Under the pieces are notes generated by a model. That model was not told the DNA's origin and did not search any database. It saw nothing but the letters and a program-made list of their open reading frames with translations. The position numbers were made by a program, and so were the translations under genes. A stretch of 64,000 nt of DNA from sequence record NC_135731.1; one strand, 5' to 3'. Below are positions 52,611 through 61,003 of this stretch, one piece after another; position 1 is the stretch's first letter; each line of letters begins with the position of its first letter. The DNA comes from a phage.

Positions 52611-53495
52611 TTATTTCCCGTTAACTTTGTTGTAGTTTCCCTGCTCAGATGGGACTATGGTAGAAGGTCTTCCATATTCCTGATAATACCAATCCGCAGC
52701 CGATTGGGTAACACCGTTTTCATCTGTCCACATCATAGATTTGTATGGCTGCCACTCCTCTGCAGCGTTTGTGGATGCAGTGTCTGCGAATGCTCCTGTG
52801 TCCCTCTTGTTACCTACGTTACTACCATTCTTACAGTCGTTGACAGCGCCTTTTTGTTGGGTCTTGCCTACTTTCTTAGGATTGCTGTATACAGTTGCAT
52901 TAACAACCTTATTCAAGTAGAATGTGCGGAACTCTGTAAGTTCTACATCAAACACCATTGCAGCGCCTTCACCAACAGACTTGTTGGCAGAAAGACTGGT
53001 TATGATGTAGTTCTCAAGAAGTCTCTCCTCGGTAACCAAAGAAACCAACTGGCGCTTATTAATGATCTCAGTCAAAGCCTCCAGTGCAGCGCCCGGTCGC
53101 ATAGATGCTGCAGGGTTTTTAGAGTCAGTATTCCTGTCAATGTAGTTTTGCTCATAGATTATATGTGGAGATGTATTTACCCTGCCAGTAAAAGAAAATA
53201 CACCATCTTTAATTACAGCGTGGTCTGACAGGGTAGATTTATCTTCCACCGCAAACCCAGTCTTATCAACAGAATGTTTGAAAGAGTAATTCTCAACCTG
53301 ATCGAAGATAATGGCAAGATCGTTAGTAAAGTTTTTACCCTTCATCTCCGTATTGCGACCACCATAGTTAAGACCGCTGACAAACATAGTATACTTTACA
53401 TCGCTTTCAGTTTGCTGCTCTGCCTTTTCAGCCTTTGGAGATTTAACCTCTTGAGGCTTGTACAGGTCTTTTTCATCAACTATATTGCTTGGCAT
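52611..53495 (-). CDS. putative tail structural protein (294 aa), first gene after the tape measure gene
   Basis: GGAGAGG RBS; preceded by its own promoter-like element and the tape measure terminator. Confidence 0.4.
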   Translation of the reverse strand: MPSNIVDEKDLYKPQEVKSPKAEKAEQQTESDVKYTMFVSGLNYGGRNTEMKGKNFTNDLAIIFDQVENYSFKHSVDKTGFAVEDKSTLSDHAVIKDGVFSFTGRVNTSPHIIYEQNYIDRNTDSKNPAASMRPGAALEALTEIINKRQLVSLVTEERLLENYIITSLSANKSVGEGAAMVFDVELTEFRTFYLNKVVNATVYSNPKKVGKTQQKGAVNDCKNGSNVGNKRDTGAFADTASTNAAEEWQPYKSMMWTDENGVTQSAADWYYQEYGRPSTIVPSEQGNYNKVNGK

Positions 53496-53528
53496 AACCT
53501 CTCCAGGACACTCCTATACCATCTAGAT

Positions 53529-53557
53529 ATTGTATCATAAAATAGCCGTTTTTACAA
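53529..53557 (-). promoter_or_regulatory. putative promoter with extended -10 (TTGTAA-17 nt-TGA-TACAAT)
   Basis: Minus-sense elements about 33 nt upstream of the ATG at 53495, immediately after the tape measure terminator. Confidence 0.4.
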
Positions 53558-53561
53558 CACC

Positions 53562-53588
53562 GATAAAATAAAGGGGGCCGGAGCCCCC
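53562..53588 (-). terminator. rho-independent terminator after the tape measure gene
   Basis: GGGGGC-CGGA-GCCCCC hairpin followed on the minus strand by TTTATTTTATC, 12 nt after the stop at 53600. Confidence 0.65.
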
Positions 53589-53599
53589 TGCACAGTTTA

Positions 53600-55936
53600 T
53601 TACCAAAGGTCGGTAGACATGAAGTTGATATCTTTATTGTTCTCCCACTCAAGTTTTGCATCAAATATTTTGTTAAACTCACCCTCATCTATTGAAATCG
53701 TGATTTTCCCATCACTGATCTCTAAAGGTAGCATTTCCATAGTTCTTAATTGAGAAGCAAAACCAGGGCCACCCGGCAACGGAAGAGTCCCGCCCGGTAA
53801 GGTGTCCAAAGGATTAACAAACCCGTTACCTCCCGATATGATATCTTTGCGAATCATATCGCTGATAGTATCCAGCTGCTGATTTCTTTCACTTAGTGGG
53901 TTGTAACGGTCATTAAATAATTCCCCGGCGCTTAGTATTGTACCGATAATGCCCAGCTTACCGAGCAGACCAACTTTGCCACCAGGTGTCTTGAGGCCAC
54001 CCCCACCTTTTCCTGCCGGAGCTCCACCACCAGATCCTTCTGTAGTAGCGGCACCCGCTGCTCCAGCTGCACCCCTTAGAGAGTTAAGGAATTTAAAGGT
54101 TTTTACAAGCATGGATGCCATGACAAAACCTTTTGTTAGGGCATTGACTACCAGCATGATGGCAGCAGCAAACCCTGCCCATTTAGCATAGCTAAAGGTG
54201 TCATGAAGCTCTTCAGAATATTCCTTCGTCTTAGCTGTTATGAATCCCCATTTAATCCCCCATTCAAGGAAAAACATGCGGATCTTGACTATGGTGTTGT
54301 TTAGTTCACCAACTACCCAGTTAAGGCCTCTCACAAACCCGCTAACAAAATCACCAGAGGCATCCCACACAAATTGCAGAGTCTCACCAGTGCGGATCAG
54401 TGTATAATAGAACTCTGTCAGTTCGTCAGACCAACGGGTGAACAGTTTCTGACGAGTCAGTTCGATGAAGGTTTTCAGTCTGTTTTCTGCCAGCACGTTA
54501 GACTTCTGCATTCTTTCATAACCAGCTGCAGATGCCTCGTTCATGTACTTAGCCACATACTTCATGATCTTGGCTGTTTTAACCTCACCTTTCTTCATCA
54601 TGTCCATGAACTGATCCATGGAGAGTTCAGAAAGACCAAAAGCCTCTTTGGTGGCCTTGATAAAAGGTTCGTATGCACCGGGCAATGCTTCAGCAAGTTG
54701 TTGCTTCAGTTCTTCGGACATTACTTGTCCCTTGCCTAGCATCTGTTGGATAGCCATAATACCACGCTGGTATTTTACCTCATCGGCACCATAAGCAGCA
54801 GCATACTGGGAGTATGCAGAGAACAGCTCATGAACCTCCTGATTTGTCATCTGGTTTTTGGCGTTTACCGACATCTGGGCGTAACCTTGAAGACCAGATT
54901 TGAGATCAAAACCAAGACGCATAGCCTCTTGCTGGACAAACGCAACCTCACTGTTGGCTTTGTTTGGATCTCCAGTAACAGCAGTAAGAGCAGCACTTGC
55001 ACCCTCCATCATGTGACCGGATCTGTTAACAGCAGTAAATCCAGAAAAAGCCGTATACGCAGCTGTTGCATTAATAACAGATCTACGTAAGTCTCTCATG
55101 GCATCGCCTAGTGTAAGCGTTTGGCTGGTGGCGCTTTTAAACCCAGACTGCAGCGCTGACAGGTGGGCGTTAAAGGTTGACTTCTTCATCTCCCCGCGAG
55201 CAAACCTGGACTCTAACTCTGAGTATCCTGGCAAGCTTCCACGGAATCCGGCCCCATACTTGGCAGAAAGTCTTATCGCGGAGTTGTAGAGGTGGGTTCT
55301 CCTTGCCTCACGATCCGACATAAGCTTATTATCCATACCAGCTTTACTGTCTCTTCTTAGCTGTCTATGATAACGATTCATAGCGGCTGTCTGAGCTTTC
55401 ACAAGGTTAGGGTCGGAAGCCACACCACCCATATTAGGGTTACCGGGGATATATTTGAAAGATTTGGCATTAGCCAAAACTCTTGCCTTAGGTGCCTTAT
55501 AACCACCGTAAGACACTGGTGCAGATTTGGCAGCCTTTTTGGCCTCTTTAGCTTGCTGCTGGTAGAACTTACGCATCCTAGCCATTTCTGGATTTTTAGC
55601 GGTAAGATTACCTACAGCTTGTTTACGTCTCGCATTCTCCCTACGTTCTATTGCAGCCCTTACTGCAGCCTCTTTCTTGGCCTGTGCTACGCTCTCTCTG
55701 TGCAGCTTAGCATTTGCCTGAGATTGCTGTCTGGCAACCCGCTGCATTGTCTGCTGGGTTTTAACAGCTACCGCCTGCCATCTACTCATGGGGTTGGCTG
55801 AGTTAAAATCTTCGCCCAGTTTCCTGAACTCCCTCCCAATACTGCGAATTTTCTCTACAGCTTTTTTGTAGGAGGAGTTCTCTATCTCAAAGCCAATCTT
55901 GTTGACTGTTGTGGCAACTATTTTGTTTGTAGCCAT
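53600..55936 (-). CDS. tail tape measure protein (778 aa)
   Basis: Long, low-complexity helical protein with Ala/Gln/Lys-rich segments, a hydrophobic segment (WAGFAAAIMLVVNALTKGFVMASMLV) and a Gly-rich tract; lies directly downstream of the frameshifting chaperone pair, the canonical tape measure position. Confidence 0.7.
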   Translation of the reverse strand: MATNKIVATTVNKIGFEIENSSYKKAVEKIRSIGREFRKLGEDFNSANPMSRWQAVAVKTQQTMQRVARQQSQANAKLHRESVAQAKKEAAVRAAIERRENARRKQAVGNLTAKNPEMARMRKFYQQQAKEAKKAAKSAPVSYGGYKAPKARVLANAKSFKYIPGNPNMGGVASDPNLVKAQTAAMNRYHRQLRRDSKAGMDNKLMSDREARRTHLYNSAIRLSAKYGAGFRGSLPGYSELESRFARGEMKKSTFNAHLSALQSGFKSATSQTLTLGDAMRDLRRSVINATAAYTAFSGFTAVNRSGHMMEGASAALTAVTGDPNKANSEVAFVQQEAMRLGFDLKSGLQGYAQMSVNAKNQMTNQEVHELFSAYSQYAAAYGADEVKYQRGIMAIQQMLGKGQVMSEELKQQLAEALPGAYEPFIKATKEAFGLSELSMDQFMDMMKKGEVKTAKIMKYVAKYMNEASAAGYERMQKSNVLAENRLKTFIELTRQKLFTRWSDELTEFYYTLIRTGETLQFVWDASGDFVSGFVRGLNWVVGELNNTIVKIRMFFLEWGIKWGFITAKTKEYSEELHDTFSYAKWAGFAAAIMLVVNALTKGFVMASMLVKTFKFLNSLRGAAGAAGAATTEGSGGGAPAGKGGGGLKTPGGKVGLLGKLGIIGTILSAGELFNDRYNPLSERNQQLDTISDMIRKDIISGGNGFVNPLDTLPGGTLPLPGGPGFASQLRTMEMLPLEISDGKITISIDEGEFNKIFDAKLEWENNKDINFMSTDLW

Positions 55937-55990
55937 GGTTTCCTCATAATAAAAAGGGCCAGATCCCAGAAAAGGAATCCGGCCCTTAGA

Positions 55991-56356
55991 TTATCCTCTC
56001 CTGCGCTTAGCTTTCGCAGCAGCTGCGGCAGCCTTCTGCTCCCGCTCCATTTCCCTGTTTTGGACGGTATCTAGGAATTCTTCGATATCAAGATACTCAC
56101 AGAGCTTCAGGAAATACGCCATATCTGCAAGATTTAGCGATTCAAAATTTTCCCCTTTGAAATTCTTGAGCACCCTGCACCAAAGAAAGTCGAACCAGTT
56201 GAGTGAACTGTTCTTAGCTGCCCACTCGCTGGCCCTCACAACAACCTTGCTTATTCCTGCTCTTCCGGAGTCTGATCCAGGTTGTTCACCTGCTGAATCA
56301 TACCCATCTGCTGTAACATCTCCAGAAGGCTTCCTAAACCGTCTTGTGTGAAAAAA
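55991..56356 (-). CDS. tail assembly chaperone, -1 frameshift extension frame (T-like part of a G/GT-type pair)
   Basis: The frame of the 82-aa ORF (GTG at 56239) is open upstream to a stop at 56366-56368 and overlaps the 3' part of the upstream chaperone ORF in the -1 frame; a slippery heptamer lies at 56350-56356. Confidence 0.5.
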   Translation of the reverse strand, partial: FFHTRRFRKPSGDVTADGYDSAGEQPGSDSGRAGISKVVVRASEWAAKNSSLNWFDFLWCRVLKNFKGENFESLNLADMAYFLKLCEYLDIEEFLDTVQNREMEREQKAAAAAAKAKRRRG

Positions 56357-56724
56357 CAGCCGTAGTTAACCTCCAGAACCTTACCTGCCAGCTTAATCAT
56401 CTCCAGCAGATGCCCTGCAAACACAACATCTGGGTTAAGCTTATCCACACCATCCACAGTAATATCTTCGAACAAGATTTTAAATAACTCTTCAATGGAG
56501 TTATCATCAAGTTCTTGGAACAGGTAAGCCAGGGCTGTAGGAAGGACCTCTGCCATATTCTGACCACCTGAGAGAATAGATCCACCGATAGCACCTAGCG
56601 GGACAGCCACAATCTTACCGATTTTAGGCATGTTTTTCATTGCTTTCATCGGTCCCCAGTGGGTGATCACAAAGTTGTGCCCTGCTAAATCAATCTCTGT
56701 TGTAGGTCTAAAGTTTATAGCCAT
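56251..56724 (-). CDS. tail assembly chaperone (G-like, 157 aa)
   Basis: Small acidic protein immediately upstream of the tape measure gene, with a downstream overlapping -1 frame; RBS AAGGATG; driven by the promoter at 56768-56796. Confidence 0.6.
   Translation of the reverse strand: MAINFRPTTEIDLAGHNFVITHWGPMKAMKNMPKIGKIVAVPLGAIGGSILSGGQNMAEVLPTALAYLFQELDDNSIEELFKILFEDITVDGVDKLNPDVVFAGHLLEMIKLAGKVLEVNYGCFFTQDGLGSLLEMLQQMGMIQQVNNLDQTPEEQE
56350..56356 (-). other. candidate -1 programmed ribosomal frameshift site (T TTT TTC)
   Basis: X XXY YYZ heptamer in the zero frame of the chaperone ORF (codons TGT TTT TTC, residues CFF) inside the region where the -1 frame is open. Confidence 0.45.
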
Positions 56725-56751
56725 TTTATAGCATCCTTATTAGTCATGTTG

Positions 56752-56789
56752 TGCACCATATTTGTGTATTTTACCATGATTATGGTGCA
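56752..56789 (-). promoter_or_regulatory. inverted repeat (TGCACCATA ... TATGGTGCA) overlapping the chaperone/tape measure promoter; candidate operator
   Basis: Perfect 9-bp arms at 56752-56760 and 56781-56789 separated by 20 bp; one arm lies in the promoter spacer, the other just downstream of the -10. Confidence 0.4.
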
Positions 56790-56796
56790 TTGTCAA
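56768..56796 (-). promoter_or_regulatory. strong sigma70-type promoter (TTGACA-17 nt-TAAAAT with TGG extended -10)
   Basis: Minus-sense perfect -35 TTGACA (plus 56791-56796), 17-nt spacer, TGG then TAAAAT (plus 56768-56773); about 45 nt upstream of the chaperone ATG at 56724. Confidence 0.6.
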
Positions 56797-56837
56797 TTTA
56801 ACCTTTCAAGCAATTCAAGAACGTGTGTCAAAACCAT

Positions 56838-56868
56838 AAAAGCAAAAAGCCCCACCCGAAGGTGAGGC
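56838..56868 (-). terminator. rho-independent terminator after the tube-like gene
   Basis: Hairpin GCCTCACC-TTCG-GGTGGGGC followed on the minus strand by TTTTTGCTTTT, 19 nt after the stop at 56887. Confidence 0.65.
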
Positions 56869-56886
56869 TTATGCTAAAGTGTGCCC

Positions 56887-57360
56887 TTAGATAATACCTG
56901 CAAGACCTGCGAGGCCAGTAAGAGCACCAGTGATGTTATCACGGTTGAGCCATGCATCCAGAATACCGATATCCCAGTCAAGTTGGCCCACTTCTGTTCC
57001 GTAAGTCAGGTCAGGCTGTTTCTGGATCCAACCGATTGTGGAAATACCAGGACCCTGGCTACCTTCCAGCAGAACCGGGAAGAATACCAGGCCAGTAATC
57101 GATGCCTGTTTCTGCCAGTCAGAAAGGTAAGCGTTCCATACAGAAGTGTTCTGCAAAGACACAGTCATAACACCGGATTGGTTACGGGACAGAGCCGCAG
57201 ACATTTCACCATCCACACCGACGTGAGGATAAATGTTGTCCTCGTTTCTTGAAACAACAATCTTAGTGTCAGCAGCGAAGCCAGTGACACGCTGCTGCAT
57301 CAGATACAGTTTGACCTTTTTAGGGTCATACGCATAAGGAGTTAAAATTTGAGTTTCCAT
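56887..57360 (-). CDS. putative tail tube protein (157 aa)
   Basis: Small protein directly after the sheath-like gene and before the chaperones, the tube position in P2/Mu-type contractile tails; followed by a strong terminator. Confidence 0.45.
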   Translation of the reverse strand: METQILTPYAYDPKKVKLYLMQQRVTGFAADTKIVVSRNEDNIYPHVGVDGEMSAALSRNQSGVMTVSLQNTSVWNAYLSDWQKQASITGLVFFPVLLEGSQGPGISTIGWIQKQPDLTYGTEVGQLDWDIGILDAWLNRDNITGALTGLAGLAGII

Positions 57361-57370
57361 CTAGGCTTCC

Positions 57371-58747
57371 TTATTCAGTCATTGCAACAGCACTGGTGGA
57401 TTTAGAACCAACTTTGTCCAGAAGGACGTTGATCCGGATACGAACGAAGTGCAGGGCGTTATTATACACCAGTTCTACTTTCACACCTTCCAGAACACGA
57501 GCAGCCAACTGATTGGTTGGGATTTCTGCACGTTTAGGAACTGTGATGATCGGGTCGTAGAATACATTATTGTCTTCGTCGAAACCTGTCAGGATCGCAC
57601 CATTCTTAATGCCAGTGTTGATTGGGTTGTTCATCAGGACAGACTTGATAACCGGAAGATCATCATCAGACATCTTCATGCTTAAACCCATATTGGAGCG
57701 ACGATGCATGTACCCAAACATGGATTCTTCAGATCTGAACTTGATCCAGTGTGCAAAACGAATAGCGTCTGCATACTGACCTGAAGCACACTTGCCTTCC
57801 CAGAAAGCACCAACACCGTTAATCATTCTGTAGAAGTTAACGTGGTTTTCCCAAATCGCCATACGCTGAGTTAAAGTCAGAGATGGTGCAATCACACCCG
57901 GCATCTGTTTTAAGTGCAAGCTGTCACCGTAAGACGGATCGTTGGATGCCATAGCGCCTACGATACCACCCTCTGGAAAATCTTTATCAGCACGAGGATC
58001 GTACATGCCAACACTGTCATACTGTGCAGCCATCAGTTTGGTGGCGATGTTATTATCTTTACCAGTCACATCTTCTGCAGTAGAGTAGACATGCAGCTTG
58101 TAGTTAGCCTGAGCCCACTTAGCACATGCTTCAATGTCGGTGTGGTCTTCATGGCACAGGAAGTACCAATTGTCACGCTCAGCATTGATCTTATCAACTA
58201 CTGTAGAAGGTTTTTCAGCATTGGCGATATTTTTGATTGTATAGTTACCAGTATGGTAACCAACAGTGCAGTCACCAGTGATGGTGAGAACACCTTCAGC
58301 AGCCTCTACAGTGATATCGTTCAAGCTATCATCTGCTTCAATTTTAGTCTTCATTGACTCTGCAATCTGAGTTGCACCTGTTCCACCAGAGATAGGCACT
58401 ATCAAAGAAGTATTGTAGCTACCTTTTGCAATAGTCATTACGACATCGGTATCAGCTGCGGCAGCAATACCTTTAAAATCTACAGTGGTCTTTTCTTTGG
58501 CCTGTCTGCCGATCATAACGTATTGTGGAGGGAATACACCACCAAAAGCTTTTGCTGCAAACTCATACGCTGCAGAGCCTTGTGCGAAACCATCTTCCAC
58601 CATCTGATCCAGCTCAGCATACACGCGAGCTCGCTCAGTAAAGTTGTTGTGGATAGCGATGAACAGCGGAGTTTCGAAACCTACAGTGTCAATAGGCTGG
58701 GTTCCGAGGTTAACTGTAACATCTACCACTTTATCTAAATATGGCAT
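57371..58747 (-). CDS. putative tail sheath protein (458 aa); alternative is a large siphovirus-type tail tube protein
   Basis: Size and position; C-terminal region HVNFYRMINGVGAFWEGKCASG resembles the conserved sheath motif recalled from P2 FI (LIRRDGFRFWGNRT) and T4 gp18 (VIRTFPGRGVVVWGARTL). Confidence 0.5.
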   Translation of the reverse strand: MPYLDKVVDVTVNLGTQPIDTVGFETPLFIAIHNNFTERARVYAELDQMVEDGFAQGSAAYEFAAKAFGGVFPPQYVMIGRQAKEKTTVDFKGIAAAADTDVVMTIAKGSYNTSLIVPISGGTGATQIAESMKTKIEADDSLNDITVEAAEGVLTITGDCTVGYHTGNYTIKNIANAEKPSTVVDKINAERDNWYFLCHEDHTDIEACAKWAQANYKLHVYSTAEDVTGKDNNIATKLMAAQYDSVGMYDPRADKDFPEGGIVGAMASNDPSYGDSLHLKQMPGVIAPSLTLTQRMAIWENHVNFYRMINGVGAFWEGKCASGQYADAIRFAHWIKFRSEESMFGYMHRRSNMGLSMKMSDDDLPVIKSVLMNNPINTGIKNGAILTGFDEDNNVFYDPIITVPKRAEIPTNQLAARVLEGVKVELVYNNALHFVRIRINVLLDKVGSKSTSAVAMTE

Positions 58748-58809
58748 TTGTTTCCTCTTAATATCTGTGCACGGATATCAAACACGCAGTGTAATCATTA
58801 CACTACACA

Positions 58810-58840
58810 ATTATAACGATTACTGACCACTGTCTGTAAC
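58810..58840 (-). promoter_or_regulatory. putative promoter (-10 TATAAT) upstream of the sheath gene
   Basis: Minus-sense perfect TATAAT (plus 58810-58815) about 60 nt upstream of the ATG at 58747; -35 is poor (TACAGA). Confidence 0.3.
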
Positions 58841-59371
58841 CGCTTTACCAGAATTGGGTGAAGGGAAGTGTGTGGTTATTTCAGCCTTAATTCCCTGAAG
58901 ATCCTCAAAAGCCCCAATGTCTGTTTCAACAAACCTTACGTTAAATGTCAGCATCACAGTGGCTCTATTTTCATACGTCTGCTTATTCAACGGCACCCTT
59001 TGAGGTGAGATTGTTGAATTGTTAGAGTAGGCAAAGCACGATCCCAGGGGGAAATACTTGTCATAAAACATTGGAAGATTTATTGCTTGCAATACTCTGC
59101 TAAGTGCAGCATGTGCCCTGCCACGATAAGCTGTTAACAGATAGGTAACAGTGTAACTGTGTGTTACGTAAGCATTACCCTCCGCATCTTGAAACTCATT
59201 ATCTTCCCAAGTGGTGGGATTGATCGCCAAGGTTTGTAAAAGTACAAACTCACCTTCCGGCTTTGGTATGGTAGAGCTTTCTGCCAGAACTACAGTTCTT
59301 CCTGTGGCAACCTTGACAAGCTTAGCAATGGTTGTTTCAAGATCAGAAAAAACTTTTTCGAAAGCTTCCAT
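58820..59371 (-). CDS. putative neck or tail completion protein (183 aa)
   Basis: Position between the head genes and the sheath gene; no motif match. Confidence 0.35.
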   Translation of the reverse strand: MEAFEKVFSDLETTIAKLVKVATGRTVVLAESSTIPKPEGEFVLLQTLAINPTTWEDNEFQDAEGNAYVTHSYTVTYLLTAYRGRAHAALSRVLQAINLPMFYDKYFPLGSCFAYSNNSTISPQRVPLNKQTYENRATVMLTFNVRFVETDIGAFEDLQGIKAEITTHFPSPNSGKAVTDSGQ

Positions 59372-59796
59372 TAGTTTTCTCCTTCAGGCTCTTCTACCAC
59401 AAAAAATCTATATCTTCCACCACCAGATGTGACATATGCATCGCATTTTAAAACGGTAAACCATTTCAAGTCACCACGGATGTCAGGCAGCTGAATTTGA
59501 TCAGCCATTGCATATGTTCCTTCATCTGGACTATACAACTTGGTCGAGGAGTAAACTGTAAAAGCCTCGTACTGTCTGTCACCTTCGGGATTTATTTGAG
59601 AGGAGTAATCTTTAGCTGCCCTTCCTGTCAACGGCTGCACAACACACTCTAAGACATCAAACTCTTCATACTCAAGTTCTAACCCCTCGTTAGCAAAAGG
59701 ACCACCAACTGTTTTGTTATACACTCTGTGGCGACCTTTGAATGTTTTACGAGGTATTAGTCTGTTCTTTCCTATCAGCTTATAACCTGCTGCCAC
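59371..59796 (-). CDS. putative head-tail joining protein (141 aa)
   Basis: Positional call; stop/start overlap with the downstream gene. Confidence 0.35.
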   Translation of the reverse strand: MAAGYKLIGKNRLIPRKTFKGRHRVYNKTVGGPFANEGLELEYEEFDVLECVVQPLTGRAAKDYSSQINPEGDRQYEAFTVYSSTKLYSPDEGTYAMADQIQLPDIRGDLKWFTVLKCDAYVTSGGGRYRFFVVEEPEGEN

Positions 59797-59811
59797 TCAA
59801 CCCCCCTTATT

Positions 59812-60270
59812 TTACTGTCCGATTTTAAAGGTTGCAGATTCCAGCAGCACATCGTAATGCCGCATAGCCTCGTTGAAGCCCTTCTCTTGTGCCCACTGCT
59901 CGCTAACAGTAGGGTTACTAAACTGACCAGCCTCAATAACAAACTGGATAGCTTTGGCCCCTGTGTCCCCCATCTGCCTAAGAACAGCCTCTGCACTTGA
60001 TCCTCTAGCCATAGCTCTCAACAATTTTTCTGTCAAGGTCTGCAGTTGCGTGCTGTGAAATGCAAAGGCCGTCTCCATGAAATTGCGAACAGGCAGCCCG
60101 TTCCAACCGAAGTTGTGAATAGCTGCCAATGTTGCCATATTTAAGCCTGACGGGTGAGGTTCGTCATAAAAGCCGTAGGTTATTGTTTTACTTTCAAGTC
60201 TCACAAGTTCTTTGTAGAAGCGATCTAAACGCTTTAGGTTGAACCTTGTTTGACATTTAACCTTTAGCAT
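59812..60270 (-). CDS. putative head completion or neck protein (152 aa; track start 60282 is a GTG alternative)
   Basis: ATG at 60268-60270 preceded by GAGGGA; the promoter -10 ends only a few nt upstream of the GTG at 60282, so the ATG is preferred. Confidence 0.4.
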   Translation of the reverse strand: MLKVKCQTRFNLKRLDRFYKELVRLESKTITYGFYDEPHPSGLNMATLAAIHNFGWNGLPVRNFMETAFAFHSTQLQTLTEKLLRAMARGSSAEAVLRQMGDTGAKAIQFVIEAGQFSNPTVSEQWAQEKGFNEAMRHYDVLLESATFKIGQ

Positions 60271-60288
60271 TATATCCCTCACTAATGT

Positions 60289-60317
60289 ATTTTACCACAA
60301 AGATACATCAAAAGCAA
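60289..60317 (-). promoter_or_regulatory. putative promoter with extended -10 (TTGCTT-17 nt-TGG-TAAAAT)
   Basis: Minus-sense TGG then TAAAAT (plus 60289-60294) with a weak -35; same extended -10 as at 37349, 42621 and 56768. Confidence 0.45.
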
Positions 60318-60323
60318 CAATTT

Positions 60324-60944
60324 TTAAAAACTGCGTTTGCGTCTTGGGTGGCGAGGAGGTTGGTTATTTAGACCACTGATAGGTGTAATCCCCTGGACAT
60401 CGAACGGTCCGTTGCTGTTTTCATTAAATTTAACCCGAATTCCTTCGTCTACACGAACACCACCAATGATAATCATTCTGCTGTAAGCATCTAGCTCAGA
60501 ATCTACATAGTCTGGGTGTGCCAGCAGCCAATCAAGGAAATCTTTCCATTGGGCGTAGGAAGATCCACCACGAATCTCTATGGTCTCATCACCTATTTTT
60601 TCCAGACGGGAAGTTATACTTGCATTACCGCTGGACACTTCCTGCATCATCAGCCACCGCACAAGCTGCACAAGCACATTGTACTTAAGTAGGGGCAGCT
60701 TATCAGGATCTGCCGGATAATTTAGTTTCAACTTCTCCATGTCAAGGAATGTTTTAATTACCCCGTCAGGGAGTGTTTCCTCATCAACATTGCCAAGCAA
60801 TAACCTCATAATATCAATAAGAGGTTGGTCCGGATCAGGTTCCGGAGGTACAGGATCTTCTTTTGGTGGTTCTTCTGGGGTATCAACTACACCATCATGG
60901 TTAGGCGGGGACGGGATAATCTCTTCATCTTCATACCATGCCAT
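60324..60944 (-). CDS. putative head-associated protein (206 aa) with Pro/Glu-rich N-terminal linker
   Basis: Track start 61001 lies inside the terminator hairpin; ATG at 60942-60944 (MAWYEDEE...) has GAGG 9 nt upstream. Confidence 0.4.
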   Translation of the reverse strand: MAWYEDEEIIPSPPNHDGVVDTPEEPPKEDPVPPEPDPDQPLIDIMRLLLGNVDEETLPDGVIKTFLDMEKLKLNYPADPDKLPLLKYNVLVQLVRWLMMQEVSSGNASITSRLEKIGDETIEIRGGSSYAQWKDFLDWLLAHPDYVDSELDAYSRMIIIGGVRVDEGIRVKFNENSNGPFDVQGITPISGLNNQPPRHPRRKRSF

Positions 60945-60959
60945 TTGAAAATACCTCGT

Positions 60960-60993
60960 AAAAATAAAGCCCCATTCCTGATTTGGAAGGGGC
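60960..60993 (-). terminator. rho-independent terminator after the 61004-61831 gene
   Basis: Hairpin GGCCCCTTCC-AAATCA-GGAATGGGGC followed on the minus strand by TTTATTTTT. Confidence 0.55.
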
Positions 60994-61003
60994 CTTAACA
61001 AAA

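Noticed and set aside
54374-55801. Plus-strand ORFs antisense to the tape measure gene
   Set aside because: Translations are Ser/Leu/Cys-rich and run against a confidently assigned gene; no start signals noted.
57371-58747. Calling the 458-aa protein a siphovirus-type major tail tube protein
   Set aside because: Not fully rejected, but the following 157-aa tube-sized gene, the gpV-like spike and the sheath-like C-terminal motif favour a sheath; kept as the alternative in the feature call.
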